DNA of 64,000 bases from Macrostomum lignano (lineage: Eukaryota). The notes under the pieces are model-generated. The model was not told the DNA's origin. It searched no databases and worked only from the letters and a program-made list of their open reading frames with translations. The translations under genes were made by a program, and so were the position numbers. Shown here piece after piece: positions 47,900-64,000 of the stretch; the first letter of the stretch is position 1, and each line of letters starts with the position of its first letter. The stretch is taken from assembly GCA_002269645.1 (NCBI GenBank), contig NIVC01001731.1, forward strand, positions 124,001 through 188,000. Reading direction: 5' to 3'.

Positions 47900-49344
47900 G
47901 CTTGCTGGCGCTTGACTTCTAGATTTTTTTCTAAATCTTTTAAATAATCTTTAATAGGTGACTGCCAGACAGATGGTCGCCTGTAAAAAAACAGCGATAA
48001 GAAGATGTTTTGGAATAAAAAAATATGTTTTTTGCCAATAATTTGCAAATTCAATGGTGAAAAAATATCTATCTAGCCGGCACACAAGGGCGGTCCGGTC
48101 TCTCGAGTGTAGGCGTTGACAAAATCTGGGTGTGTTGCAGAAAATTTGAAAAAGAAAAAGAGAGAATATAAGGACAGAATTCTGAATGAGAGTCTGAGAA
48201 CTAAGTTGGCACAGCCTCACAGCTCAATGACCAATATGCCAGAATACCAGTGTACTCTGCACTGCCGTTGCGGGGGTAGAAATGGGGACGGGGTAGACAG
48301 AGGGAGAGAGAGAGAGAGAGAAAAGAAAAGGGCGAGTCGAAAGAATTGATATAACAAAATATGAAAACGTTTCTTAACAATTCAGCATTGTAAGAGCCGA
48401 GTGCAGAGCTGAAACCGGCCATATAAGCTTTGCATTCACTCTGTGCTCACCGAGTAGCTCACATAAATAAGTATAGATCGCAGAGTATGCTCCACAACTG
48501 GACTCAGAGCACAGCCTTGGATTTTCTGCACGCCCAATTCTCTCACACACTGAGCAATGCAGCAGAGGCCCTTCAAGCCTTCAGCTCAGCAATACAATTT
48601 AACGAACATTCTTCTACAAGAAGCAGCGCGTATTAAGAGTTAAACCGCCACCGCCTCACTCCATTTTTTCTAACCCATGCTGAGGGCCGCAGCGGTCTCT
48701 CACGGCTAATGTGTGTGCGTATTTAACGCACTTTTGCATTAAGAACAGCTCGAAGAAAAATCTCGACAAAAGAAAAATAGTTTTGAGCAAGTGATCCGAA
48801 ATGCAGTTTTCAATCATGTTCGAAGTTTTAAAATATATGCTCAAATTCACAATTTTTCAACACAGACGAATCAAGTACATCTGCATTAAACAGATTAGCA
48901 TCAGTAAATTTGCAGAACAAGTGACATCATTATCTAGAACAGTAGTCGGCAAAACTTTTTTACTTCAAGGGCCAGATAGAGAGCCTAGCGCATGACTGCG
49001 GGTTAGAGAACGGGAGAGAGGAGACTCAGGAGAGGGAACAGAGATTAGAGAGTAGAGATAGGAGAAAGGAGAGGTGAGAGAATAAATGAGAAGTAAGGAG
49101 ACGAGAGTAGGGGGGGGAAGAAGAGAGGAAAGGAGTGGAGATAAGAGAAAGGAGAAGGGAGAAAAGACAAGAGAGAGGAGAGAAGAGAAAGAAGAGAGGA
49201 GATTAGAGAGAAGAGAGCTGAGAAGAGACGCAAACCCTAAGTGAACCAGATTGCCATTGTGAAGTTTTAAAGAAAACGATAGTCATAGAAGCTGATGAGG
49301 TCTGGTTTACCGACACCTTTAACACCTTGGCTTGGCTTCTTCAG

Positions 49345-49625
49345 CAGTTCTCCAGGAGCTTTTGTGCATCTGAGCCGTTCTCCAGGAGCTTTTGTGCATC
49401 TGAGCAGTTCTCCAGGAGCTTTTATGCATCTGAGCAGTTCTCCAGGAGCTTTTGTGCATCTGAGCAGTTCTCTATGAGCTTTTGTGCATCTGAGCAGTTC
49501 TCTATGAGCTTTTGTGCATCTGAGCAGTTCTCCAGGAGCTTTTGTGCATCTGAGCAGTTCTCTATGAGCTTTTGTGCATCTGAGCAGTTCACAATAAAGT
49601 CATGAACTTTATGTGCATCTGAGCA
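49345..49625 (+). repeat. 30-bp minisatellite (CAGTTCTCCAGGAGCTTTTGTGCATCTGAG)n
   Basis: About 9 units; explains the FCASEQFSRS ORFs. Confidence 0.92.
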
Positions 49626-49984
49626 AATCAACAGGAGCTTTTTGCGTCTAAATCAGGAATAAATAAAATTTACAGCTAATATTTGAAGACTACAAAAACA
49701 TCTCAGACAGGCATATTCCGATGCTAAGAAATTTCATGAGCCCAATGCTTCAATTTCGGGGTTCGAAGACAGAAATCGATCTGGAAAAAAGTGCGGTTAA
49801 TGTGCTAAGGTATGGATAAAAAAATAGAAATGCCATAACTGCTTTCCAACTCGCTAGCAGGTGGACAGCTGCCTCGATCTGCAGCAACGCCCAGAGCTCC
49901 ATGTCAGCGTGTGTAACTACGTAATGAATCTGCAGAAATTATAAATGAGACTGAGCATGAGACGACTGAAAGATCATAGACGAA

Positions 49985-50228
<244 letters not shown>

Positions 50229-53200
50229 CCATGCAAAGCAAGAAAAAACACAGAAAAAACAGCCCACGGAGAAAACTTATCCAATGCAATCAATAAATAT
50301 TTCGATGATAAACTCTAAACATTTGTGCGTTTATACAAAGAAAATAAAGGACACGAAATAAACGCCATCCTATAATATTATCTCAATCAAAACTTCAGCT
50401 CGCTTGACTTCTCGATTGAACAAAAAAGCAGATAAAGCAATAAGAACACTGATCTGCAGGAGAGAGAATATTGGATTTGCACAGTTAGACACTGCTCTGT
50501 CCAGCCAGCACAGGGCGCACACTATAATCCAGTGGATTAATGAGCAATGAGTCAGCGGCAAATCAGCCCATTTATTAGATCAATAACAGCGCAACTGGAC
50601 ACCCAGGGGTTGGGCTTCTCGATCTAGACTCAGGTTAGAAGCCTCCTGCACTTCCCTAGTAACTATTGCGAATGGAAGACATTGGAGCTTATAGGAATTA
50701 TCCCAAAGCTGGGTATTGAATGGCATTTATGCAATGCAAGCAATAAGAAGTTTTGCATACAAAGGGATAATGCAAAATAAGGTAATAGTCTATAAAACTT
50801 CTTAGGCAAATACAGAAACTGATAATTTTGATATTAATTATATGCTGATTAAAAGCATGACAATGTTTACATAGCTCAGCATTCTTAGCAAACCATCTTT
50901 ATTAAACTATATAAAAAAGCTAACTATAATTGATTCCAAGAAGCTAATCCAATGACAACATAAAAATTGCATTTCAAACTGATATTAGTTAAACAAATCG
51001 GTAAAATGTTTTCTAGCGAAAACAATTTGTAGCTAACATATAGCTTGTATCAAATTGGTAAGTTGGACTCGCAAAAGTACGAGTATTTGAAATTGAAATA
51101 TAAGAGATAAGCAATAAACCGTCTAAAACGCTTTTACAACTACTTAGTAGTATACTAAGTGATGCTTTGTACTTTAAGTAATGCAAAATATAAACTTAAG
51201 TTAATAAAGTTATCTATAGATGTATAATCATAATTCACAAAGGACTGCTAGATAACATCAGTACTATATGCTACTAACTAGTAGTATCTGTATGTGATTA
51301 TAAGTAATACAATAAAAGAGGTAGGTCTTAGCTTTATGACTAATGCTATAATAGTATAAAAAACAAAATTTAATGCTACAAATTCAAGTTATTTTATAAA
51401 GAATTAATATGAAATTGTTTTAATGATATTACTTTTATCTATATTTAATTTCTGGATAAAAATAAGTATAATAGAAAATTCTTGCTACATGGGCAAAATA
51501 GATATAAAAATGCTATATCTTATCTAAGGAAATAATAAAACACAATGACTTAAGAACCTTGATTTTAATTGCAATATGCTATATTGATAGTTATACATAT
51601 AGTTAACCCTTTATAGTCTATTTGACTTTAAACTTTAAATTAAACTCCAACTAAAGGAAAAATAGATAGCATTACTTAATAATACAAAAATAATGGCAAA
51701 AACAATACTTAGATTAACTTTTAAGAATCACCATTCTAACCACAATGTGCATAGTCTATCATAAAAATCTCTATTTGACTATTGTTTGATATTCCAACCC
51801 CAGAGACTAGCTTCCTTGCCTAGCAATTTTATTTCAAATGTACACTACAAAATTAAATAATTTAATTACTTAAAGCATGGGCAACTACTAAGTCTAAAGA
51901 TAATTAAATCTATATAGTAAAATATAGGCCTAGCAAATGGCAAAAACAGTTGATAATAAATGAAACTGGAAAAATTCTCTCTTACTTCTTACACAACAAC
52001 ACCACTACAAATAATTAAAAATATCAAGGAGGAACATAAAATTAAACTAAATATTACAGTAGCTAGCTAGATTCTACACAGCCGGGAATATAGAATAAGA
52101 ACAAACACAATATAGGCATATGAAACAAAACGGAGCAAACATGATTTTAAAATTCCAAGACTATAGGCCTGAATTTTAACTTTAAGGAATCTTCGAATTC
52201 GAAAGATAAGAAGACTTAAAGAAATGAAGAGAATGCATGCGAGAAATTAAATATTGATAAGAAATACAATTGTAACGTGATAAATGTACTAACAGAGTTA
52301 AAGTAAAGAAATAGCAAGCAGTTATTGAGTTATTGGCTCCTAATTGAAGCGGCCTACAGGCTGAGCCTGAGCCACACCCAGTTTTTCCCACGCCCTTCTA
52401 ATAAAATTGCAATTTTAAAATAGTTAAGCACTTTAACAACCTTTAAAGCTGCAATTACTTAAAATTACGGAAGGGCTATATGCTAACAGTGGAAGCCTAT
52501 AAGACTGCAAAAAGACAAGAATGGCAAAATACTTGCTTCTGTTTTTACTTTCTTTAGATCACAGAAGTAGCCGTAGGTTTCCCACTGACAGATTTGCAAT
52601 ACGCTACAGTCTAAGGGCATAATTTTCATATAATTTAATTGATAATTTACCTCGCGAATAGCAGATGATTTTAGGCTTGCTCTTGAAATACCCATCAACA
52701 CTAATCCGACGTGGTTTACGTGTAAAATTCAATAATAATTTAGCAAGTTTCCTGCATGGTCTGTACCAAAATTACTTTAAAACGTTATTACTTATCCTCA
52801 ATTGTAGATTGCAGATTGCATGTAGATAGCAAACTATGTGTAGATTATGAGGTATAATAACATGTAAATTACCGTACAAAATATCAAGAGGAAATTTATC
52901 ACCGATTGGATCAGCTCGCTTGTTGATGCAGACTGCAGATGGTATTAATAAAATCCGAACCATTAATATCAAGCTTAATTTATTCGTCATTCTCATTCAA
53001 ATGATATATTGTGGCCAAAGCAAAGCAAGTGCGGATGTTATAAATATCTAACGACATTTAATGCGGCTCAAAAAGTGATTTACAATTGTCGGGATTAAAA
53101 TAAGCAAATTATTTAGAAAATGGTTAACACAGAATCACAAAATGTGCACAACAGCCAGACTGAAGTTTGACGATATTAGACTGAAAAAAATCAAAAAATA

Positions 53201-54067
53201 CAAATGGATCGATAAGATGCAGTACAGTATACGTGCAAATATGGTTTAAATATTCACACGCGAAATTAGAAACTGTGCCAGGCTAAATATAAGCTTTGTG
53301 AAACTATTTGGGACACCTGATTAAAAGAGGAATAAGAACTAATATTTGCTTAGAAGTGTGACCTAAAAAATACTAATTCGATTGCGAATAAACAAATCGA
53401 ATCAATAAAGCTGAAGCCGACAAATAGCAAAAACTAACCATATAAAATATGCAAGCAAAATGACATGCTGTGTAAAATATTACTTATTTAGGATTATTAA
53501 TAAAAATACTATATACAACAAAGGGTGTGTCCACCATGTACATTACAATAAGCCTGTTTGTTTTATCACTTGCTATACAAATAAGCGTCAAAATTCCGGG
53601 TTTTAGCAATAATTTAAATAGCAAAGTTTCGTTAAAGAAACAAAAACTTGTCGAATTAAAACTTACACAAATATCGGGCAGATAAAGGTTGGTTTGAAAA
53701 AACGGATATTCAATTTTTTTAATATTTGAATTCGCGCGCGATTCCAACGATTAAAACAATTTTGGGAAAAAAGTTCACAAACTTTTCTGTTTTTTTTGCA
53801 TTAATTCAAATAGATGAATGACAAAAAATTTTTAATCTATTATAGTTATTCAATGAAGTTAAAACGAAACGTATTTTCGTTTAATATTTGCATTCGCGCC
53901 ATTTTTAGACGATTATGAAACAGACTTCCAAAAAAACTTTTGGATGTGGCGTGAATTTAAATACAAAAACTGACCATTTAAAACTTTAATAGATTTTCCC
54001 GGCTTTCTTAAAATTAAAAAAACCAACCCGATTGTAAACATACTCAAACTAATCGCTTTCGTTGATC

Positions 54068-55312
<1,245 letters not shown>

Positions 55313-55529
55313 GGCCGCTGAATTGTTGCGAACAACCAAATATGCGTGCGCCGGTATTGTAGAAATAAGTGATGAAGCCGCTATGGAAGCTGAGTGTTTA
55401 CTGGGGCTGTAAGAGAAATAATTTAGCAGCAGATGAGTTTAATTAAATGTATAATAAAGAGTGCAGATATTAAGGTTTACTAGCTAGACCATTGCAGGAT
55501 CTAGAGATGTTGTAACTGCCTGTAGATCG

Positions 55530-56890
55530 ATAACCATCTAGTCTGTAGATTTATAAACATCTAGTCTGTAGATCTATAAACATCTAGTCTGTAGATCTAT
55601 AACCATCTAGTCTGTAGATCTATAAACATCTAGTCTGTAGATCCATAAACATCTAGTCTGTCGATCCATAAACATCTAGTCTGTAGATCCATAACCATCT
55701 AGTCTGTAGATCCATAAACATCTAGTCTGTCGATCCATAAACATCTAGTCTGTAGATCTATAACTATTTAGTCTGTAGATCCATAAACATCTAGTCTGTA
55801 GATCCATAAACATCTAGTTTGTAGATCCATAAACATCTAGTCTGTAGATCTATAAACATCTAGTCTGTAGATCTATAAACATCTAGTCTGTAGATCCATA
55901 AACATCTAGTCTGTAGATCTATAAACATCTAGTCTGTAGATCTATAAACATCTAGTCTGTAGATCTATAACCATCTAGTCTGTAGATCTATAAACATCTA
56001 GTCTGTAGATCCATAAACATCTAGTCTGTCGATCCATAAACATCTAGTCTGTAGATCCATAACCATCTAGTCTGTAGATCCATAAACATCTAGTCTGTCG
56101 ATCCATAAACATCTAGTCTGTAGATCTATAAACATCTAGTCTGTAGATCTATAAACATCTAGTCTGTAGATCCATAAACATCTAGTCTGTAGATCTATAA
56201 ACATCTAGTCTGTAGATCTATAAACATCTAGTCTGTAGATCTATAACCATCTAGTCTGTAGATCTATAAACATCTAGTCTGTAGATCCATAAACATCTAG
56301 TCTGTCGATTCATAAACATCTAGTCTGTAGATCCATAACCATCTAGTCTGTAGATCCATAAACATCTAGTCTGTCGATCCATAAACATCTAGTCTGTAGA
56401 TCTATAACTATTTAGTCTGTAGATCCATAAACATCTAGTCTGTAGATCCATAAACATCTAGTTTGTAGATCCATAAACATCTTGTCTGTAGATCTATAAA
56501 CATCTAGTCTGTAGATCTATAAACATCTAGTCTGTAGATCTATAAACATCTAGTCTGTAGATCCATAAACATCTAGTCTGTAGATCCATAAACATCTAGT
56601 TTGTAGATCCATAAACATCTAGTCTGTAGATCTATAAACATCTAGTCTGTAGATCTATAAACATCTAGTCTGTAGATCTATAAACATCTAGTCTGTAGAT
56701 CCATAAACATCTAGTCTGTAGATCTATAAACATCTAGTCTGTAGATCTATAAACATCTAGTCTGTAGATCTATAACCATCTAGTCTGTAGATCTATAACC
56801 ATCTAGTCTGTAGATCTATAACCATCTAGTCTGTAGATCCATAACCATCTAGTCTGTAGATCTATAACCATCTAGTCTGTAGATCTATAA
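55530..56890 (+). repeat. 23-bp minisatellite (CATCTAGTCTGTAGATCTATAAA)n
   Basis: About 58 well-conserved units between RPS10 and the WBP1-like gene. Confidence 0.97.
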
Positions 56891-57185
56891 AAAAACTAAT
56901 TTTTATTCCAGCCTCTACATTGCAATAAAACAAGCCACGCACTAAACTTTGCTATATATAAGAACAAAATGTGAAAAATAATGCAAGACAAAGCCGCAAC
57001 TAATTTTTTGTCTCCAATGAAATCCAGAGCGCGAACAAGCGCCAGGCCAAAATTGTTTTTATTTAGTTTTAAATAACTCCCGGCTCAAACATCAAACCCC
57101 GCTGCTATTCGATGCCGGCAGGGCATCGCTAAGCACGCATCCCAGTGAGTCATCAGTTTCTAAATTATTTCCATTCGAGAGTTTC

Positions 57186-57638
57186 TCAAGCCTCGGCTGG
57201 AGGCTGCTGCGGAGCCGCAGGCTGAGTCTTGCGATAAGCCAGCCGGTCGCCAAATCGACCGCCGCTGCGTTCGCCGCCTTCGCCTCGCTCGCCGCGTCCG
57301 CCGGCGCCGGGTCCGCGCGCGTCGGTGGCGCCGGCGCCGCCTGGACCGGCGCGCCTGCTCAGAGTGGCTGGCACGCACTCGGTGGGCAGGTGCAAATACT
57401 TGCGCAGAAATTCGATACCCTCGTTAGTCAGAAACCAGTAGTAGTGACGCCAGGCAAACTGTTCGCGGACAAAGCCGCGCGACTTCAGGCTGATCAGCGC
57501 CTTCACCACGTGCAGATTGCGCACCCCAGTGACCTGCGGATGCGTCACATTCGGTCGAGGATCTTTTTTAGCCACCATGACGCCGTCGGAGAACAGGCGC
57601 TCGTAGATGGCAACGGTTTCTTTCTTGGGGATCAGCAT
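57186..57638 (-). CDS. RPS10: 40S ribosomal protein S10 (eS10), intronless CDS, 150 aa
   Basis: MLIPKK...[61 protein letters not shown] and VPATL are the S10_plectin signature; RG-rich C-terminus; AATAAA signals downstream on the minus strand (about 57063 and 56907). Confidence 0.97.
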   Translation of the reverse strand: MLIPKKETVAIYERLFSDGVMVAKKDPRPNVTHPQVTGVRNLHVVKALISLKSRGFVREQFAWRHYYWFLTNEGIEFLRKYLHLPTECVPATLSRRAGPGGAGATDARGPGAGGRGERGEGGERSGGRFGDRLAYRKTQPAAPQQPPAEA

Positions 57639-57809
57639 GGCTGGCTGGGTTGCGGCACTGGCTGCGGGATGGCAATTGCGTTAGGCGAACTTGAACTCCC
57701 GATCTCTATATCGCGCTGTGCTTGTCTTATGCCTCTTCAACCATACCCTGGCACCAGTACCGACCTTATTTCACCTCCGGTTTCCTAACCTTGCCTCCCT
57801 CTTCTGTTC

Positions 57810-58230
57810 TACGCATTTCTATCTTCAGTTCTACCCTTCCTCCTTCAGTTCTATCCTTCCTCCTTCAGTTCTATCCTTCCTCCTTCAGTTCTATCCTTTC
57901 TCCTTCTGTTCTACCCTTCCTCCTTCTGTTCTACCCTTCCTCCTTCTGTTCTACCTTTCCCCCTTCTATTCTACCCTTCCTCCTTCTGTTCTACCCTTCC
58001 TCCTTCTATTCTACCCTTCCCCCTTCTATTCTACCCTTCCTCCTTCTGTTCTACCCTTCCTCCTTCTGTTCTACCCTTCCTCCTTCTGTTCTACCCTTCC
58101 TCCTTCTGTTCTACCCTTCCTCCTTCTATTCTACCCTTCCTCCTTCTGTTCTACCCTTCCTCCTTCTATTCTATCCTTCCTCCTTCTATTCTACCCTTCC
58201 TCCTTCTGTTCTACCCTTCCTCCTATTCTA
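57810..58230 (+). repeat. 20-bp minisatellite (CTACCCTTCCTCCTTCTGTT)n upstream of RPS10
   Basis: Visible units. Confidence 0.93.
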
Positions 58231-58955
58231 CCTTTCCTCCTTCTTATATTTTCTGTTCTACTCTTCCCCACTTTATCTGTTCTACTCTTCCTTTCTTCCT
58301 CTGTTCTCCCCTTCCTCTCCCTTTGTTCTACTTTTCACTCTTTCTCGGTTGTACCCTTCCTCTCTCACCCATCTTTTATCTATCCTTTTTACTTCTTCCT
58401 CATCTAACGTATCAGATTCAGCAACCTTTTTGCTAAGAATTTAAAATTTATTGATTAAAAAGCAGTTGAAAACTCAATCAACAATAAAAATGTGGCTTAA
58501 GTATATATTTATTGTAAGTATACATAGTAATTTTTAAATATTTACTATATGCGCTCGTGATAGCAATAAACCGGCAGCAACTATTGACAAGTTAGTAGGA
58601 AAAGTGAATCAATCAATCAATCAATGAAAAAACTGGAATATTTATAGGTCTGCATAGTGAAACCGCTGGTAATTAAGATAAAGTAACTATCAGCATCATG
58701 ACAATTAGCTCGTAAAATTACTGAGTAAAAATGTAAGCAAGAATATTATATGCAGTCACATGACAAATAATAATTAGTCTAGGATATATGCAGGCTCAGC
58801 AGGGTACTGCAAAACCTCCCGTTTATCATTGAGAATATTGAGTGCATAGATGGAGCAGGACAATTTAATGGAAGCTTCGCAGCATTCTGCCTATCTAAAA
58901 ACCACACGTATTGTTTGCAGTTTGCGGTCAATCCACCGACTGTCGTGTCGTCAAC

Positions 58956-59760
58956 TCACACAGCCTGGCCAGGCCTAGTAAGGGTCTGGTCCATGAACTT
59001 GCGCTTTGAGAAGCAGATCCACCATTTGCTTGGCTTCTCGTTCGGATTGCCGGGGAACAGTCGCTCCAGCAGGCGCTGACCGGTCTCCTGACGCAGCTGC
59101 TGGATGTACTGCCGCATCGCATCGTCTTCGGCGCGATCGCGCGGCTTCGCGTACATCGCGTTGAGCTCGCGGGGGAATCCGGGATCGCCGGGGATGTCAA
59201 ACTTGGCGATGCCCATCGCGTTTATCTCCTTGGCGGCCTTAAGAAAACCGGGTTGGGTTCAATGTGCATGGATAGTTATTGGCTATTAATTACTGAGGAT
59301 CTGGGAGGCTGGCACAGCAACTGAGGATCTGGGAGGCTGACCCAGCAACTGCGGATCTGGGAGGCTGACCCAGCAACTGCGGATCTGGGAGGCTGACCCA
59401 GCAACTGCGGATCTGGGAGGCTGACCCAGCAACTGAGGATCTGAGAGGGTAGCCCAGCAACTGAGGATCTCAAAAAGCATCAAGACTTACCTGATTTTTA
59501 TTTTGGCAGCGGTGAACTTTTTTCAGCACATCCAAAATGTACAGAGTCAGGTAGATGAGGACGCGGTCAGCCTCAGACTTGATCTCGTAGTTCTTAAAGA
59601 AAACGTTGGCCTTAAAGTAGAACAGAGCCTCGTCAATGATGTCCTTTTCTAGGTTGGCCTCCTGCGGTGCCGGGCCACGAAACTTGGTTCGCAGCGGCAG
59701 CAGAGCCATGTTGCCAACCAGCTTGGGTGGCTGCACGAACTCAGAATGATAGGCTGGCAT
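58956..59760 (-). CDS. ARPC3: Actin-related protein 2/3 complex subunit 3 (p21-Arc)
   Basis: Exons 59760-59491 and 59237-58956 (phase 0): [89 protein letters not shown]. Confidence 0.97.
59291..59470 (-). repeat. 28-bp minisatellite in ARPC3 intron, same family as 3823-4450
   Basis: Reverse complement reads CCTCCCAGATCC(T/G)CAGTTGCTGGGTCAG. Confidence 0.92.
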
Positions 59761-61117
59761 AACTAGCAGCTATGGAATAGGTCAACACCATGCAGTTAAG
59801 CAGAGACGGCTGCGGTTAGTACTCAGCTAAATAAAAGAACTCTAGCATACGGTTCTATGATAGAAATAGAGCTTGAAAGGCTAGGCTTAGGCCATTTCTA
59901 GGATCTCTACGAAATGAGAAAACAAGCGCTCTCAGGAATGCAAAGAGGAAATATGGCAAAGAGCAGAAAAGTATATTTATTGATTAATATTCTTACTAAA
60001 TCATAAATTTTTTAATCTGGCATTTGTTTGTGTAGTTAATCGCGACGCAATAAAAATTATTGTACTCTTATTTTCGTCGATACTACTGCCTGTCGTATAG
60101 AGACACGAGTAGTATAAACACGCACAAGGATACATATAGAAGCTATGTATTGATAGGTACAATGGACAGCAACAGAACTGCTTGATTGACAACAATATTA
60201 ACTGATTCAATTCGGAGCTATAATTACACAGGGAAATGTATAGATATGCAAAAATAGCTTTCTCTACTAACCAAATAAATCATGTTCAAAATGAAAATCA
60301 TTGATGTTATTAACCCGCTGTTAAGAGCCCAACAACATACAGGACTTTATTAAAGTATTGGAATTGGAAACATTTTAATTGGCAGCTAATGAAGATAGAT
60401 AGACAAACTAATTATAATTACCTGGCAACTGTAACTATTAGCATCATAAAAATACGCACAGAGTAGAGGAAGCCATCGGTAATGAAATAATAGCTACAAC
60501 TGAGAGAGTCATTTAATATAAGAAATTACACTGGAATAAATGGGCAAATATGTTACAGAAATTATTTTGGCAATTCAACTATTATTTATCAATGAACATT
60601 AACTAAATAAAGCGCGAAAGACCCCAAATTAACAAAAGCCCGTAAATTATACATATATATATGCTTAATAAAGATGATCACGCAACACATTCTAGTTCTT
60701 AGTTAAGCACAGCCAAAAATATCATTAATTTCATTACTTTAGCATGAATTTAATGTTTTGAAAACATATCCAATAATGAATGAGAAAATACAAGCAAGCC
60801 AGTGTAAATATGCTTACAGAAAGTACATCGAGTACTTCTGTTATTCGGCTTGTGCGCATACTACTGCCAACTTAACAGTAGCAAAGCGGGACAGGATTTT
60901 AACACATTGTTGTTGGCAGATAAATCTGTGGTCGGGGCTGGAGACATGCTCTTAGCTAAGCTGCAATTAATTCTATTAACTGAACTCCTACTGGATTAGG
61001 CTCTCTTGTAAGGCATTAGCAAGTTGAAATGAACGATTAGCTAATTTTAATTACGATTCATAGAAAACACCAATTTTCTTTTTCATACTATGACAGCTTA
61101 CGTTGTAAAATGATTAT

Positions 61118-62140
61118 ATGAGTTCGTGGACAGCTAATCATAGAGGTTCGTGGACAGCTAATCATAGAGGTTCATGGACAGCTAATCATAGAGGTTCGTG
61201 GACAACTAATCATAGAGGTTCGTGGACAGCTAATCATAGAGGTTCGTGGACAGCTAATCATAGAGGTTCGTGGACAACTAATCATAGAGGTTCATGGACA
61301 ACTAAAAATATAAGTTCATGGACAACTAATTATAGAGGTTCATGGACAGCTAATCAGGGGTTCATGGACAACTAATCATAGATGGTTCATGGACAGCTAA
61401 TCATAGATGGTTCATGGACAGCTAATCATAGAGGTTCGTGGACAGCTAATCATAGAGGTTCGTGGACAGCTAATCATAGAGGTTCATGGACAGCTAATCA
61501 TAGAGGTTCGTGGACAGCTAATCATAGAGGTTCGTGGACAGCTAATCATAGAGGTTCGTGGACAGCTAATCAGGGGTTCATGGACAACTAATCATAGATG
61601 GTTCATGGACAACTAATCATAGAGGTTCATGGACAACTAAGAATATAAGTTCATGGACAACTAATTATAGTGGTTCGTGGACAGGTAATCTGGGGTTCAT
61701 GGACAACTAATTATAGATGGTTCATGGACAGCTAATCATAGAGGTTCATGGACAACTAAGCATATAAGTTCATGGACAGCTAATCATTGATGGTTCATGG
61801 ACAGCTATCCATAGGGGTTTGTTGTCAACGAATTATAGAGGTTCGTGGACAACTAACCATAGAGGCTCATGGACAACTAATCATAGAGGTTCATGGACAA
61901 CTAATCATAGAGGCTCATGGACAACTAATCATAGAGGTTCATGGACAACTAATCATAGAGGTTCATGGACAACTAACCATAGAGGCTCATGGACAACTAA
62001 TCATAGAGGTTCATGGACAACTAATCACAGAGGCTCATGGACAACTAATCATAGAGGTTCATGGACAACTAATCATAGAGGTTCATGGACAACTAACCAT
62101 AGAGGCTCATGGACAACTAATCATAGAGGTTCAAAGACAG
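61118..62140 (+). repeat. 24-bp minisatellite (TCATAGAGGTTCRTGGACARCTAA)n
   Basis: Visible units; explains the GSWTANHR ORFs. Confidence 0.95.
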
Positions 62141-62335
62141 CTAATAGGTTTATTTTAAACATATAATCTTAAACTTTGCTGATTAATATATTTAAATCTT
62201 CTAAAATGAACTCTCCACCTCAGGTGCTGCAATAAAAGTACAGTTAATCTATAACAGAAAAATTGAAAGCAAGCAGACGACAGAGAAAACAAAGTGCGCG
62301 CAAGCCACCTTATAACTATCCAAATTATAAAATGG

Positions 62336-64000
<1,665 letters not shown>

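Noticed and set aside
50370-50456. Short hydrophobic exon-like reading (ISVLIALSAFLFNRE...) after a good acceptor
   Set aside because: No upstream partner exon or homology recognised; could be UTR.

Overview
Eukaryotic (metazoan) genomic DNA: GC-rich coding exons separated by introns and spacers full of private mini- and microsatellites. This style resembles a free-living flatworm such as Macrostomum, but that is inference only. Genes reconstructed by hand from splice sites and reading phase: 3' exons of NAA25 (+), an intronless rhodopsin-type peptide GPCR (-), a degenerate GAPR-1/GLIPR2-like CAP protein (-), HGSNAT (-), one frameshifted CNK/CNKSR SAM-domain exon (+), then a 165-N gap, the 5' half of myosin VIIa (-), a WBP1/WBP1L-like PPxY membrane protein (-), RPS10 (-), ARPC3 (-) and the 3' exons of a type II PI4-kinase (-). 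Mobile DNA: an apparently intact Sleeping Beauty-like IR/DR Tc1 element (214-bp TIRs, TA TSD, 340-aa DD34E transposase), a 1.27-kb non-autonomous LTR element (TRIM-like) with TSD, PBS and PPT, a composite hAT-type element with two right ends and an exact 8-bp TSD, several MITE-like palindromes, a Helitron-like element, a Gypsy remnant and a tRNA-derived SINE. Most long ORFs in the supplied track are stop-free translations of tandem repeats. Best leads: the intact Tc1, a possible UGA-CUG readthrough in the CAP gene, an RPS10 copy lacking the ZNF598-target lysines, a possible operon-like cluster, and the composite hAT element.
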